Made by a program: the position numbers and the translations under genes. The notes under the pieces were generated by a model that worked only from the letters and a program-made list of their open reading frames with translations, had not been told where the DNA came from and made no database searches. Shown here one piece after another: positions 1 to 6,908 of a DNA stretch of 26,546 bases; the stretch's first letter is position 1, and the number at the start of each line of letters is the position of its first letter. Source of the stretch: a virus (taxonomy: Duplodnaviria; Caudoviricetes); the IMG/VR virus record IMGVR_UViG_3300028588_000078, positions 1-26,546 of that record. One strand, written 5' to 3'.

Positions 1-212
1 ATGACGGGGATTGGTTTGTCGTCTTCGATGCGTTCCCCGTGCGCCTGGATTGCGAGCGTGTTGGCGTCGGCCCTGAGCTGCGCCATGAGTGACGCGTTGG
101 CGTACAACGATCCCCCGCTACCCGTGCTGCGGGGCTTCGAGAAGTAGATGCACGGGACGCCGAGTGTGCGGGTGACGGTTCGTGGGGCAGGTTTGTAGAC
201 AGTGAAGGTCAT
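1..212 (-). CDS. Hypothetical protein, runs off window start (MTFTVYKPAPRT...)
   Basis: ATG at 212 overlaps the stop of 209..490 (ATGA); frame is open to position 1. Confidence 0.65.
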   Translation of the reverse strand, partial: MTFTVYKPAPRTVTRTLGVPCIYFSKPRSTGSGGSLYANASLMAQLRADANTLAIQAHGERIEDDKPIPV

Positions 213-490
213 GGGGTGGCCTCGGTTCCGGTCAGCGCACGGATGGTCCTGTAGGCCTCGTCCCTTTCCCTCTCTGCCCGGTTGGCTTGTTTACGTTCGG
301 CGGCGTGAGCATGGACGAGTTCGCTCCATTCTTTGAGCAGGTAGTCCCCGTGGCAACCGCTAGCGCCCCACCCAGGAGTGCCCGGTGTATGCCTGATCGT
401 CCCACCGCGACCTTCAGGTGTCTTTATGAGGTCACGTTCGATGCCGTGGATGGTCATAGAGAACGGTTCGAAAGGGGTCGGGATGGTCAT
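209..490 (-). CDS. Hypothetical protein with short coiled-coil (RANRAERERDEA), ends EATP
   Basis: ORF track; ATGA overlaps at both ends. Confidence 0.75.
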   Translation of the reverse strand: MTIPTPFEPFSMTIHGIERDLIKTPEGRGGTIRHTPGTPGWGASGCHGDYLLKEWSELVHAHAAERKQANRAERERDEAYRTIRALTGTEATP

Positions 491-639
491 GCGTAGTCCT
501 TTACAAGGTTAATGACGAAGTACCGACCCGTGGTCCGGTACAAGCGGTCGCAGGTGTCGAGTGCGAATGCGTATGTGGGTGCGCCTGAGTGGTATGACCC
601 GGTTTTGGCTTCGTGGATTTGCCAGGGCAGCAGGTTCAT
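487..639 (-). CDS. Hypothetical 50-aa protein (MNLLPWQIHEAK...)
   Basis: Translated by hand; ATGA overlaps with both neighbours. Confidence 0.7.
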   Translation of the reverse strand: MNLLPWQIHEAKTGSYHSGAPTYAFALDTCDRLYRTTGRYFVINLVKDYA

Positions 640-788
640 CGGTGTCGTACCTTTCGGGGTTGTGTGACGTCGCGTGCGTAGAGGGTGTATCCGTAGTCGG
701 CGCAGATGTGGCGTGCGGCGAGTTCGGTGGTCCAGGTGATGCGTGCTGAACCGGTGGGGGCGAAACCGTACTCAGGGGCCGCGATCAT
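636..788 (-). CDS. Hypothetical 50-aa protein (MIAAPEYGFAP...)
   Basis: Translated by hand; ATGA overlaps with both neighbours. Confidence 0.7.
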   Translation of the reverse strand: MIAAPEYGFAPTGSARITWTTELAARHICADYGYTLYARDVTQPRKVRHR

Positions 789-1069
789 GCGGTCATCCCC
801 AGACGCCGCTGCTTTCTAGCCATCGACGCAGCGGACCAAACATCAGTGCAGGGCCGGCATCTGCATCCGTAGTTGCCGTATGCGTTCTCGGTGCCGTGCA
901 AATGAGCGGGGACGAGCTGAGATGCGCGTCGTTCCTTAGCACGCTGCACATCTTTGGCCCACGCGTCGCGGCAGGGTTGGCAACGGCACTTGAGATTGTT
1001 GTAACCATTGGTCGTTCCATGCCGGGCATCGCTCGAGTCGTTCCAGAAGTCGGGGCCGCGTGCTTTCAC
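785..1069 (-). CDS. Small Cys/His protein with two HGT-x2-(G/A)Y-x4-CRC-x2-C motifs, probable zinc-binding
   Basis: Motif present twice; GTG start at 1069 overlaps the upstream stop (GTGA). Confidence 0.75.
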   Translation of the reverse strand: MKARGPDFWNDSSDARHGTTNGYNNLKCRCQPCRDAWAKDVQRAKERRASQLVPAHLHGTENAYGNYGCRCRPCTDVWSAASMARKQRRLGMTA

Positions 1070-1368
1070 AGGACGGCGCTCCATTCCCGTGTGCGACGCA
1101 ACGACTCTGTGAGCGTGAACAGCCCCGACCATTCCACGAGACCCTTGTCCACCAGTTCGCTACGACGTGTCCGCAACGACTCAGGCGACGGCATCACATC
1201 ACCCGTACGCACCGCCTGCTGGTAGTAACGGCGTGCGATCTGATCATCCGCAATAGGGCCGTGCTGGCAGATGATGTCGAGGATGATCGACTGGACACGC
1301 GACGGGCACCAGGCGGACTCAAGGGCCTCGAGGGACGTTTCGACGGGGGTTCTGCGGGATCTAGGCAC
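1066..1368 (-). CDS. Winged-helix DNA-binding protein
   Basis: ESLRTRRSELVDKGLVE recognition-helix/wing pattern typical of actinophage wHTH proteins. Confidence 0.7.
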   Translation of the reverse strand: MPRSRRTPVETSLEALESAWCPSRVQSIILDIICQHGPIADDQIARRYYQQAVRTGDVMPSPESLRTRRSELVDKGLVEWSGLFTLTESLRRTREWSAVL

Positions 1369-1474
1369 GACGCCGGCTCACGCTCGTCAGTGCTGACTCG
1401 AACGCGTGACCGTACGTGTCTGCGAACTTGTGATACCAAGATGGTTTGAGGCAAATAGCGCAGTAATCATGCAT
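1361..1474 (-). CDS. Hypothetical 37-aa protein (MHDYCAICLKPSWYH...)
   Basis: Strong RBS AGAGGAG before ATG; CxxC..H..H; overlaps next gene by 8 nt. Confidence 0.55.
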   Translation of the reverse strand: MHDYCAICLKPSWYHKFADTYGHAFESALTSVSRRRA

Positions 1475-1718
1475 GTCTTTCTCCTCTGTGCAGTTGCAAT
1501 TACGTGGTGCTCGTCGTGGGATAGCTGGCTAGGCGTCTGGGTACCCGGGGTCTGAGGGGAGCTTTCCGAGGTCTCGTAGTGCTGCGTCGTATCCGGCGTA
1601 GAAGTGGGCGCTTGCACCCTCTGCAGGGCTGTAGTCGTGCCTGTACTCGAACCAAGACATCTGCTTATCGGTTACTTCGTCGCTCATGTCTTTCTCCTCT
1701 TATGTAGTTGCGGTTACG
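1472..1718 (-). repeat. Duplicated ~33-bp start-associated element (copies 1472-1504 and 1685-1718)
   Basis: 16-bp perfect core AGAGGAGAAAGACATG plus conserved upstream CGTAAyyGCAACTrCA. Confidence 0.8.
1529..1687 (-). CDS. Hypothetical 52-aa protein (MSDEVTDKQMSWFEY...FYAGYDAA)
   Basis: Strong RBS; translated by hand. Confidence 0.7.
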   Translation of the reverse strand: MSDEVTDKQMSWFEYRHDYSPAEGASAHFYAGYDAALRDLGKLPSDPGYPDA

Positions 1719-1754
1719 CGAAAGCGCTGGGAAGGTTCGGGCCAATCCCAGTGC

Positions 1755-1807
1755 TAGTGCCCCCGGAACGACTTGAACGTTCACGATCCCGGGTACGACT
1801 CGGGGGC
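1755..1807 (-). ncRNA. tRNA-like minihelix (acceptor stem + T-arm, no anticodon arm)
   Basis: GCCCCCG/CGGGGGC 7-bp stem, GAACG-TTCAAGT-CGTTC T-arm, discriminator A, only 18 nt between the 5' stem strand and the T-arm; intergenic. Confidence 0.6.
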
Positions 1808-1814
1808 TGGTCGG

Positions 1815-1964
1815 TTACAGGTGCATAACAAGCGCTTTGTACAAACGGGCCTGTGCATCACGGTTGCCCGTGGAAGCGAGAGCTTTCGCGTCGCGTTCGC
1901 TTGTTGGACCCGCAACCCATTGGCGCGTTTCGAGGTTCTTGACCCCCCAATAGATCTCAGCCAT
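1815..1964 (-). CDS. Hypothetical 49-aa protein (MAEIYWGVKNLET...)
   Basis: RBS AGAGGAGAGGG before ATG 1964. Confidence 0.7.
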   Translation of the reverse strand: MAEIYWGVKNLETRQWVAGPTSERDAKALASTGNRDAQARLYKALVMHL

Positions 1965-2304
1965 ATCCCTCTCCTCTGTTGGTTGTCGTGCCCTATTGAC
2001 GATTCGCACGTCTCGCAGTCGTGGCTGCGTTCGCTTTCGCTAGGGCCACCTCGTCAGCGTTGGGGCGCATGGCCCGCTTACGACGCTCCGTAGAGGTGAA
2101 GTAGTTGATGGGGCGTGTGCGACGGGTTGTCCACTAGGGGGTGCCGTGTACGCATCACGCCGGCCCCGTTTCTTCTTCGTCGGGGCCACGCTGTGTAGTT
2201 GTGAAAGAGCAAGCGCACGACGTACAAGCCGGATGAGGCGTTCCGAGGGCACAACAAACACCGCCGTGTCATGGGCGGGCTTGTAGACGGTGGGGGCTAG
2301 AGGG

Positions 2305-2520
2305 CTAGCGTCTTTCCGAGGGGAGGGATTCGAGGTAGCGGTCAACCTCTGCGGGGAGGATGAACACTGCTCGTCCCTTGCCGTACCTTGCGGCCAGTTC
2401 GCCGTCAGCAATCAGGTTGCGGACGAACTGTTCGCTGCGGTCACCGAGTGCCATTGCGGCTTCCCGGATCGAGTAGGCGTGCCGCTTGACCTCGGGTGTT
2501 GCGGTGTCTGTGTTGCTCAA
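2305..2520 (-). CDS. Excisionase-like HTH (HTH_17/MerR-like) DNA-binding protein
   Basis: AYSIREAAMALG...VRNLIADGELAA...I..AEVDRYL; TTG start overlaps the cro stop (TTGA). Confidence 0.8.
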   Translation of the reverse strand: MSNTDTATPEVKRHAYSIREAAMALGDRSEQFVRNLIADGELAARYGKGRAVFILPAEVDRYLESLPSERR

Positions 2521-2738
2521 GATGCACCTGCCATGAGGGTTGCGGGGTGAACAGAAAAGAGGCCACCGATACGGCACAGCTCGTCCCATGTGACTTCGGT
2601 CAGGTTGACGAAGAAGTCGTGCGGGTTCGAGCCATCCGTGTCGGTGGCCTCTGTGAGAGTGGTGAGCGTGGCCCCGGTTCCGGCCGTGGCAATCACGTTG
2701 CTGGTGACTGCGGTGGGGGTTCTTCTCGACGACTTCAT
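2517..2738 (-). CDS. Cro-like protein (divergent HTH)
   Basis: Divergent from the repressor, first gene of the lytic operon; ELCRIGGLFSVHPATLM resembles XRE helices 4-5. Confidence 0.6.
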   Translation of the reverse strand: MKSSRRTPTAVTSNVIATAGTGATLTTLTEATDTDGSNPHDFFVNLTEVTWDELCRIGGLFSVHPATLMAGAS

Positions 2739-2744
2739 GTGGCA

Positions 2745-2773
2745 AAGCTACTACCCGGATCCGGGTAGCGCAA
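2745..2773 (-). promoter_or_regulatory. Lytic promoter TTGCGC-17-TAGCTT with 18-bp palindromic operator (2751-2768) filling the spacer
   Basis: CTACCCGGATCCGGGTAG is a perfect palindrome; the -10 ends 6 nt before the cro ATG. Confidence 0.7.
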
Positions 2774-2831
2774 GCCCGAAACAGCATTTGTTTGTCACTA
2801 GTTGTGCTCTTTGGGGCATACAGTGTTCTAC

Positions 2832-3236
2832 GTGGCACAGACATCAGACACTCGGACACCCGCAAACCTTGCCCTCGCAGCTGAACTTCGCGCGGAGGCA
2901 GCAGCAGTAGGGATGACCCATAAGCAGCTTGCAGAAGCTGCTGGGATCGCTTACGGCAGCATCGTGAAGACGATGAGTGCGCAGAGGCACACGACGGCAG
3001 GGGAGCTTCTGCAGCTCGCCGTCGCACTTAACCTCACCCCGGCACAGTTAGCTGAGCGTGTCGTCACCCGCATGGGTGGCATGCCCGCGCTCGAGGCCAA
3101 CACTCGTCGCCCATTGTCAGTCGTCACCGATAACGTGACAAATATTCGACCCGACACCACGGGCGAGATCGACGCCTACGCCGGCGACAAAGCTGCGTAC
3201 CGCGACGAGGAAGCTGACACAGACGAACCGACCTGA
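2832..3236 (+). CDS. Immunity repressor, XRE-family HTH (ImmR-like)
   Basis: GMTHKQLAEAAGIAYGSI HTH; upstream of ImmA-like gene; GTG 2832 follows TACAGT -10 (track start 2802 also possible). Confidence 0.85.
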   Translation: MAQTSDTRTPANLALAAELRAEAAAVGMTHKQLAEAAGIAYGSIVKTMSAQRHTTAGELLQLAVALNLTPAQLAERVVTRMGGMPALEANTRRPLSVVTDNVTNIRPDTTGEIDAYAGDKAAYRDEEADTDEPT

Positions 3237-3257
3237 ACATGACCGAGGGGGCCTGCC

Positions 3258-3620
3258 ATTTACGACCCATACGAGGACGCGGAACAACGAGGTATCCACG
3301 TCATCCACCGGAAGATCCGATCCGCGAACGGGTTGTGGTTACCTGATCACAACATGATCGTGATCAGGTCGGGGATGCGGGCGGTACATGACCGGTGTGC
3401 GTTGGCGCACGAGCTGGCACATGCAGCGTTGGGGCATCGTGATGATCGGCCTAAGCATGAGATGCAAGCTGACTTCCTGGCAGCGCACAACCTGATCGAC
3501 CCGGACAAGTGTCGTGAGGCCATCAAGTGGGCACCCGACGTTGGGCGGCTTGCGACCGAGTTGGACGTGTCGACACGGTTGCTGATGGCGTTCCTGCATC
3601 ACAACAAGATGGCGTCGTGA
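3258..3620 (+). CDS. ImmA/IrrE-family metallopeptidase (antirepressor); start uncertain
   Basis: ALAHELAH (HExxH) and E..AD..AA..LI; frame is open from 3243 (IYDPYEDAEQRGIHV), well upstream of track start 3333. Confidence 0.85.
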   Translation: MYDPYEDAEQRGIHVIHRKIRSANGLWLPDHNMIVIRSGMRAVHDRCALAHELAHAALGHRDDRPKHEMQADFLAAHNLIDPDKCREAIKWAPDVGRLATELDVSTRLLMAFLHHNKMAS

Positions 3621-3628
3621 GAACACAA

Positions 3629-3660
3629 AAGCGCCCCACCTCGGATGAGGTGGGGCGCTT
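3629..3660. terminator. Bidirectional intrinsic terminator
   Basis: 14-bp stem AAGCGCCCCACCTC/GAGGTGGGGCGCTT between convergent genes. Confidence 0.85.
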
Positions 3661-3666
3661 CTAGTT

Positions 3667-3945
3667 CTACTGACCCGTAACTTCTTCGACCGGACCGCGT
3701 GTCGTGACTACCCTCTGGCGGAGCACTGCAGCATCGGTCAACCCGGCCTCGTCGAGGGCTTGCCGGATAGCGGCGTACTGCTGCCCGTCGTACATGTCGA
3801 TGGCACCCAGGCCAAGCTCTGGTACGAACGCTGTCCACGTTCCGTCCGTGCCGTGGTCTATCTGCCACTCGACTCGACCATCAGGCAGTCGGAAACCCCA
3901 CTCGTACCACATTGTCTCTTCGCTCATCGCCTCATCCTTGCTCAC
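3667..3945 (-). CDS. Hypothetical protein (MSKDEAMSEETMWYEWGFRLPDG...)
   Basis: GTG start within the junction repeat (GTGA overlap); ends at the terminator. Confidence 0.75.
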   Translation of the reverse strand: MSKDEAMSEETMWYEWGFRLPDGRVEWQIDHGTDGTWTAFVPELGLGAIDMYDGQQYAAIRQALDEAGLTDAAVLRQRVVTTRGPVEEVTGQ

Positions 3946-4094
3946 AGCCCCAGCCTCCGAAACATCTTCTTCACGGGTCGCCAGACGAGGTGCACGCTTA
4001 CGCGCAGAATTGGTACGCGGACATTGCAGATCATGCCTACCAAAAGCTGATCGTGAAGGGCGACTGGTGCGCCGCAAATCGGGCACTCGCTCAC
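3942..4094 (-). CDS. Hypothetical 50-aa protein with CPIC..H..C motif, ends RLGL
   Basis: Translated by hand; bounded at both ends by the GGGGCTGTGAGC junction repeat. Confidence 0.7.
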   Translation of the reverse strand: MSECPICGAPVALHDQLLVGMICNVRVPILRVSVHLVWRPVKKMFRRLGL

Positions 4095-4477
4095 AGCCCC
4101 ACCTTCCAACAGTCGCACCCGTATCGCGGCGGGTCGGGTACCGGGATGAGGGATGAGCAGTGCGGGCCATGGGGTGCGTCTGCGAGCATCTGGCGGGCCT
4201 GGTCACGTTCAGCGGTCACAGCGGCCATCTCGTCCGCATGACGATGCTTGATCAGCTCAAGCACGGTCCAGAACTGGCCGATCTTGCCGTTGACGTCATG
4301 TAGCAAGCGGCCCATTGCTGAGCCTCGAGGCCGGTTGCGACCGTCCACTTCCTCGTACGCTGCAGCCACCATGTTGGCGATTGCCTCGTTCAGCCGCTGC
4401 CCCTCCGTGACCAAGCCCTGAACAGTCTTGAAGTCACGGTCGTCTATCGCGGCTCGCCTAGGCGTGGGGGCGGTCAT
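4091..4477 (-). CDS. Mosaic protein MTAPTP...ERDQAR...APHGPHCSSLIPVPDPPRYGCDCWKVGL
   Basis: ATGA overlap; N- and C-termini shared with 8111..8473. Confidence 0.8.
   Translation of the reverse strand: MTAPTPRRAAIDDRDFKTVQGLVTEGQRLNEAIANMVAAAYEEVDGRNRPRGSAMGRLLHDVNGKIGQFWTVLELIKHRHADEMAAVTAERDQARQMLADAPHGPHCSSLIPVPDPPRYGCDCWKVGL
4121..4156 (-). repeat. 36-bp perfect inverted repeat, partner at 8405-8440
   Basis: TCATCCCTCATCCCGGTACCCGACCCGCCGCGATAC, within a ~110-bp gap-free alignment. Confidence 0.95.
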
Positions 4478-4488
4478 GCGGTGGCCTC
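4460..4488 (-). repeat. 29-bp perfect inverted repeat at a gene junction, partner at 8100-8128
   Basis: GAGGCCACCGCATGACCGCCCCCACGCCT; partial third copy at 207-223. Confidence 0.95.
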
Positions 4489-4749
4489 GGAGCGGTACGG
4501 GTTGTCGCCCCAACTGATATTGCCGAGGGACTCAGGATCGTAGAAAGTTGCGTCTACTCCTTCGTCCCACACCTCTGCCAGTCGCGCTTCTGCCCGGTCG
4601 GCCCTGTCGGTTTCGGCAGCGAGGGCGGCGAGAATGGCGCGGAGGTCAGCAGCTTCCTCAGGGATCAACCTCGCTGGCCACGTTTTGACACGTGCGACTA
4701 CATGATCGAGGTCAAGTCGCACTTCGATGTTGCTCTCGGTAGACTGCAC
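4474..4749 (-). CDS. Mosaic coiled-coil protein (AALAAETDRADRAEA), ends EATA
   Basis: RBS GAGAGGGG; central and terminal motifs shared with 7794..8114. Confidence 0.8.
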   Translation of the reverse strand: MQSTESNIEVRLDLDHVVARVKTWPARLIPEEAADLRAILAALAAETDRADRAEARLAEVWDEGVDATFYDPESLGNISWGDNPYRSEATA

Positions 4750-4785
4750 AGCAGCCCCTCTCGTTGTCTACAGCAATGGTGGGGT

Positions 4786-4818
4786 AAAGCCGCCGCAGAC
4801 TGCATCTGTTGCGGCTTT
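4786..4818 (-). terminator. Probable terminator after the integrase
   Basis: AAAGCCGC..CAGA/TCTG..GCGGCTTT hairpin. Confidence 0.6.
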
Positions 4819-4855
4819 CTTCATGCCCCAGGGTACCGCCGGTACGGCACATTTA

Positions 4856-6067
4856 CTACGCTGTTTCGGGTAGTTCTTTCGGTGTCTCTCCCAGCATGAA
4901 CTGTGCCCCGAACATCTCCATCGCCTGACGGAGACGGGTGACGTCGCGGGATGCGTAGGCGCGGGTCATGGAGACAGTGGAGTGGCCGACGAGCTGAATT
5001 ATGACCTGTTCGGGAACGCCAGCAGAGTAGAGAAGGTCGACGGCGCTGTGACGCAGGTCGTGGAGGCGCACCTTCTTCTGGATGCCGGACGCTTCGAGTT
5101 CTTTGATCCACAACTTCGAGTCGTAATCAGGATCCACGGGTCGGCCTGAGCGGGTGAAGACGAGACCGTACTTACCAGGCGGGTTCATGGCCTGGTGCTT
5201 CTCGAGGATGCTCTTGAGCGGTTCAACAAGGGGGATGACGCGCCATCCTGCACGGGACTTGGGTCGTGTCAGGTACAGGCCGCCGTAGAGGTGCCGGAAC
5301 TCGTAGTCGTTGGGGACAACCGGTTCGCCCAGCTGGCCGTGCGACAGCCGCTGCAACTGCCAGGACAGGTCGATGACGTCGGTCACCCGATCCCATTCGA
5401 GGCCGAGCAGTTCACCCCTGCGCGCACCAGTAAGCAGTGCCATTGCCCAGCGCGCCCCATACTGCTCATCGGACTCGACGTGGTGGAGGAGGCGCATCGC
5501 TTCGTCGACGTTCAGCGCCTCAAGCTTGGCGACGTTCTTCCGGGGTGCCGCCATCTGCTTGCAAGGGTTCCGGGACATGCGCCCCTCACGTACGGCGGCC
5601 TCGAATGCGGACGACATGACCTGATGTGCTTTGAGGGCAGACGAGTGCGCCCCACCGTTTCGGACGATGGAGTCGGTGACGGTGCGGATGCTTGTGGGGG
5701 ACAGCTTGGCGAGCCGATGGGTGCCAATGTTCGGCATGATGTGCCGGTCGATGATCGACTTGTACCCGCCGGCAGTCTTCGGGCGCACCTCTTTCAGAAC
5801 AATCTGCGAGTACCAGTAACCAAACCAACGCTCAACAGTCATGTCTGCGGTAGGCAGGTCGCCGCGTTCCTCAAGCTCCCGCTGCAACTCACGCATCCGG
5901 GCAACCACGACAGGCTTGTCCTTGTGCCGGATCGTCTTACGGCGGCGCTTCCCATCACGCGGCGGGAGTTCGATGACGGCGTTCCACAGACCGCGGGCGT
6001 CCTTGAAGAGGCTGCCTTCTCCTTGCCCTCGGGTCTTAGTTGCCACGGTCGACCGGCTCGAGCTCAT
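4856..6067 (-). CDS. int: Tyrosine integrase (start may be GTG 6046)
   Basis: RGQGEGS N-terminus; TGARRGELLGLEW, PKS, RLHDLRHS, LVGHS..MT..Y catalytic R-K-H-R-H-Y motifs. Confidence 0.97.
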   Translation of the reverse strand: MSSSRSTVATKTRGQGEGSLFKDARGLWNAVIELPPRDGKRRRKTIRHKDKPVVVARMRELQRELEERGDLPTADMTVERWFGYWYSQIVLKEVRPKTAGGYKSIIDRHIMPNIGTHRLAKLSPTSIRTVTDSIVRNGGAHSSALKAHQVMSSAFEAAVREGRMSRNPCKQMAAPRKNVAKLEALNVDEAMRLLHHVESDEQYGARWAMALLTGARRGELLGLEWDRVTDVIDLSWQLQRLSHGQLGEPVVPNDYEFRHLYGGLYLTRPKSRAGWRVIPLVEPLKSILEKHQAMNPPGKYGLVFTRSGRPVDPDYDSKLWIKELEASGIQKKVRLHDLRHSAVDLLYSAGVPEQVIIQLVGHSTVSMTRAYASRDVTRLRQAMEMFGAQFMLGETPKELPETA

Positions 6068-6203
6068 TCCGATTGAATCCCTGATCCCGGACTTCGCCAG
6101 CGAACAGGACGCGGACTCCGAGTGCCCGGTTCGGCTTCTCCTCGACCACTCGGCCGATACGCCCTGACCACCTGACGCGTACGTACTCGTCTTCGTCGCT
6201 CAT
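6036..6203 (-). CDS. Hypothetical 55-aa small beta (SH3/KOW-like) protein
   Basis: RBS GGAGG; VRVRWSGRIGRVVE...VRVLF...FNRNELEPV; overlaps the int start. Confidence 0.65.
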   Translation of the reverse strand: MSDEDEYVRVRWSGRIGRVVEEKPNRALGVRVLFAGEVRDQGFNRNELEPVDRGN

Positions 6204-6315
6204 CGTCTCTTCCTCCGTCTAGTTCTGCGTGTCTGCGTTGCCGTTGGCGAGGTCGACGCTGACCTCTGCTGATCTTCTGTTCGTGCCGTGCATGGTGGTG
6301 CGGGTTCCTCTCGGG

Positions 6316-6759
6316 CTAGGCCTGGGCGATGAGCGCGCGGGCCTTGGCGTACTTGCGAGTGAGGCGAGCGATGGTGGCGTCATCCAAAACGGCGAGGCGT
6401 TCTGGATCGGTGTTGTCGGCTATGTCGGCCAGCTTCACTGCGGTGGCGTCCTGTGATTGGCCGATGCGGGAGTAGTAGTCCTCGGGGGAGACTTCCTTGG
6501 TCCGAGTCACTGCCTCGACGATGTTGATCACGGACCAATCGACGCCAGCGGCAAATAGGTCGTCCCTGGTTAGGGATGAGTCCTCGATGACGTCGTGCAG
6601 CCAACCAGCGGCAACAACGCGCTCTGGCGATTTTGCTTCGACCAGCTTTTGGGCGACTCGGGCGGGGTGCCCGATGTATGCGGCACCGCTCTTGTCGGCC
6701 TGGCCGTGGTGAGCGACCCAGGCGATTGCCTTTGCGATCGCAACCTGCTGGTCGCTCAT
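6316..6759 (-). CDS. Stand-alone HD-domain hydrolase of RelA/SpoT (HD_4) type
   Basis: AHHGQADKSGAAYIGHPARVA, WLHDVIED, VKLADIADN motifs; RBS GGAGAAGAAG before ATG 6759. Confidence 0.9.
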   Translation of the reverse strand: MSDQQVAIAKAIAWVAHHGQADKSGAAYIGHPARVAQKLVEAKSPERVVAAGWLHDVIEDSSLTRDDLFAAGVDWSVINIVEAVTRTKEVSPEDYYSRIGQSQDATAVKLADIADNTDPERLAVLDDATIARLTRKYAKARALIAQA

Positions 6760-6908
6760 CTTCTTCTCCGGTTCATCGGTGTTCCTCGTGGGGGCGGTTA
6801 GGGCTGGTCTGCGAGATAGATGCGCAACCAAGAAGCGACTTCATCAGCCCCAGAACCGACAGCGGCGGAAATGGCTTCGTCAAGCCCGCGGCGGATTGCA
6901 GTAGCGTC

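Noticed and set aside
2035-2057. Hammerhead ribozyme (CTGACGA...GAAA on minus strand)
   Set aside because: Stem II is poor and no stem III/NUH pairing compatible with GAAAG could be built
2078-2272. 64-aa minus-strand ORF after the excisionase-like gene
   Set aside because: No RBS or overlap and no recognisable motif; left uncalled, though it could be real
183-2292. Short similarity (TVYKPA-encoding) between ~183-203 and ~2272-2292
   Set aside because: About 20 bp with several mismatches and not at equivalent gene positions; could be chance
2305-3027. 240-aa ORF from the track
   Set aside because: Only the last 71 codons look like a protein; the rest overlaps cro and the repressor
5195-6076. 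293-aa plus-strand ORF, and similar long antisense ORFs (8701..9567, 15665..16693, 24407..25156)
   Set aside because: Shadow frames of real genes, expected from high-GC codon bias
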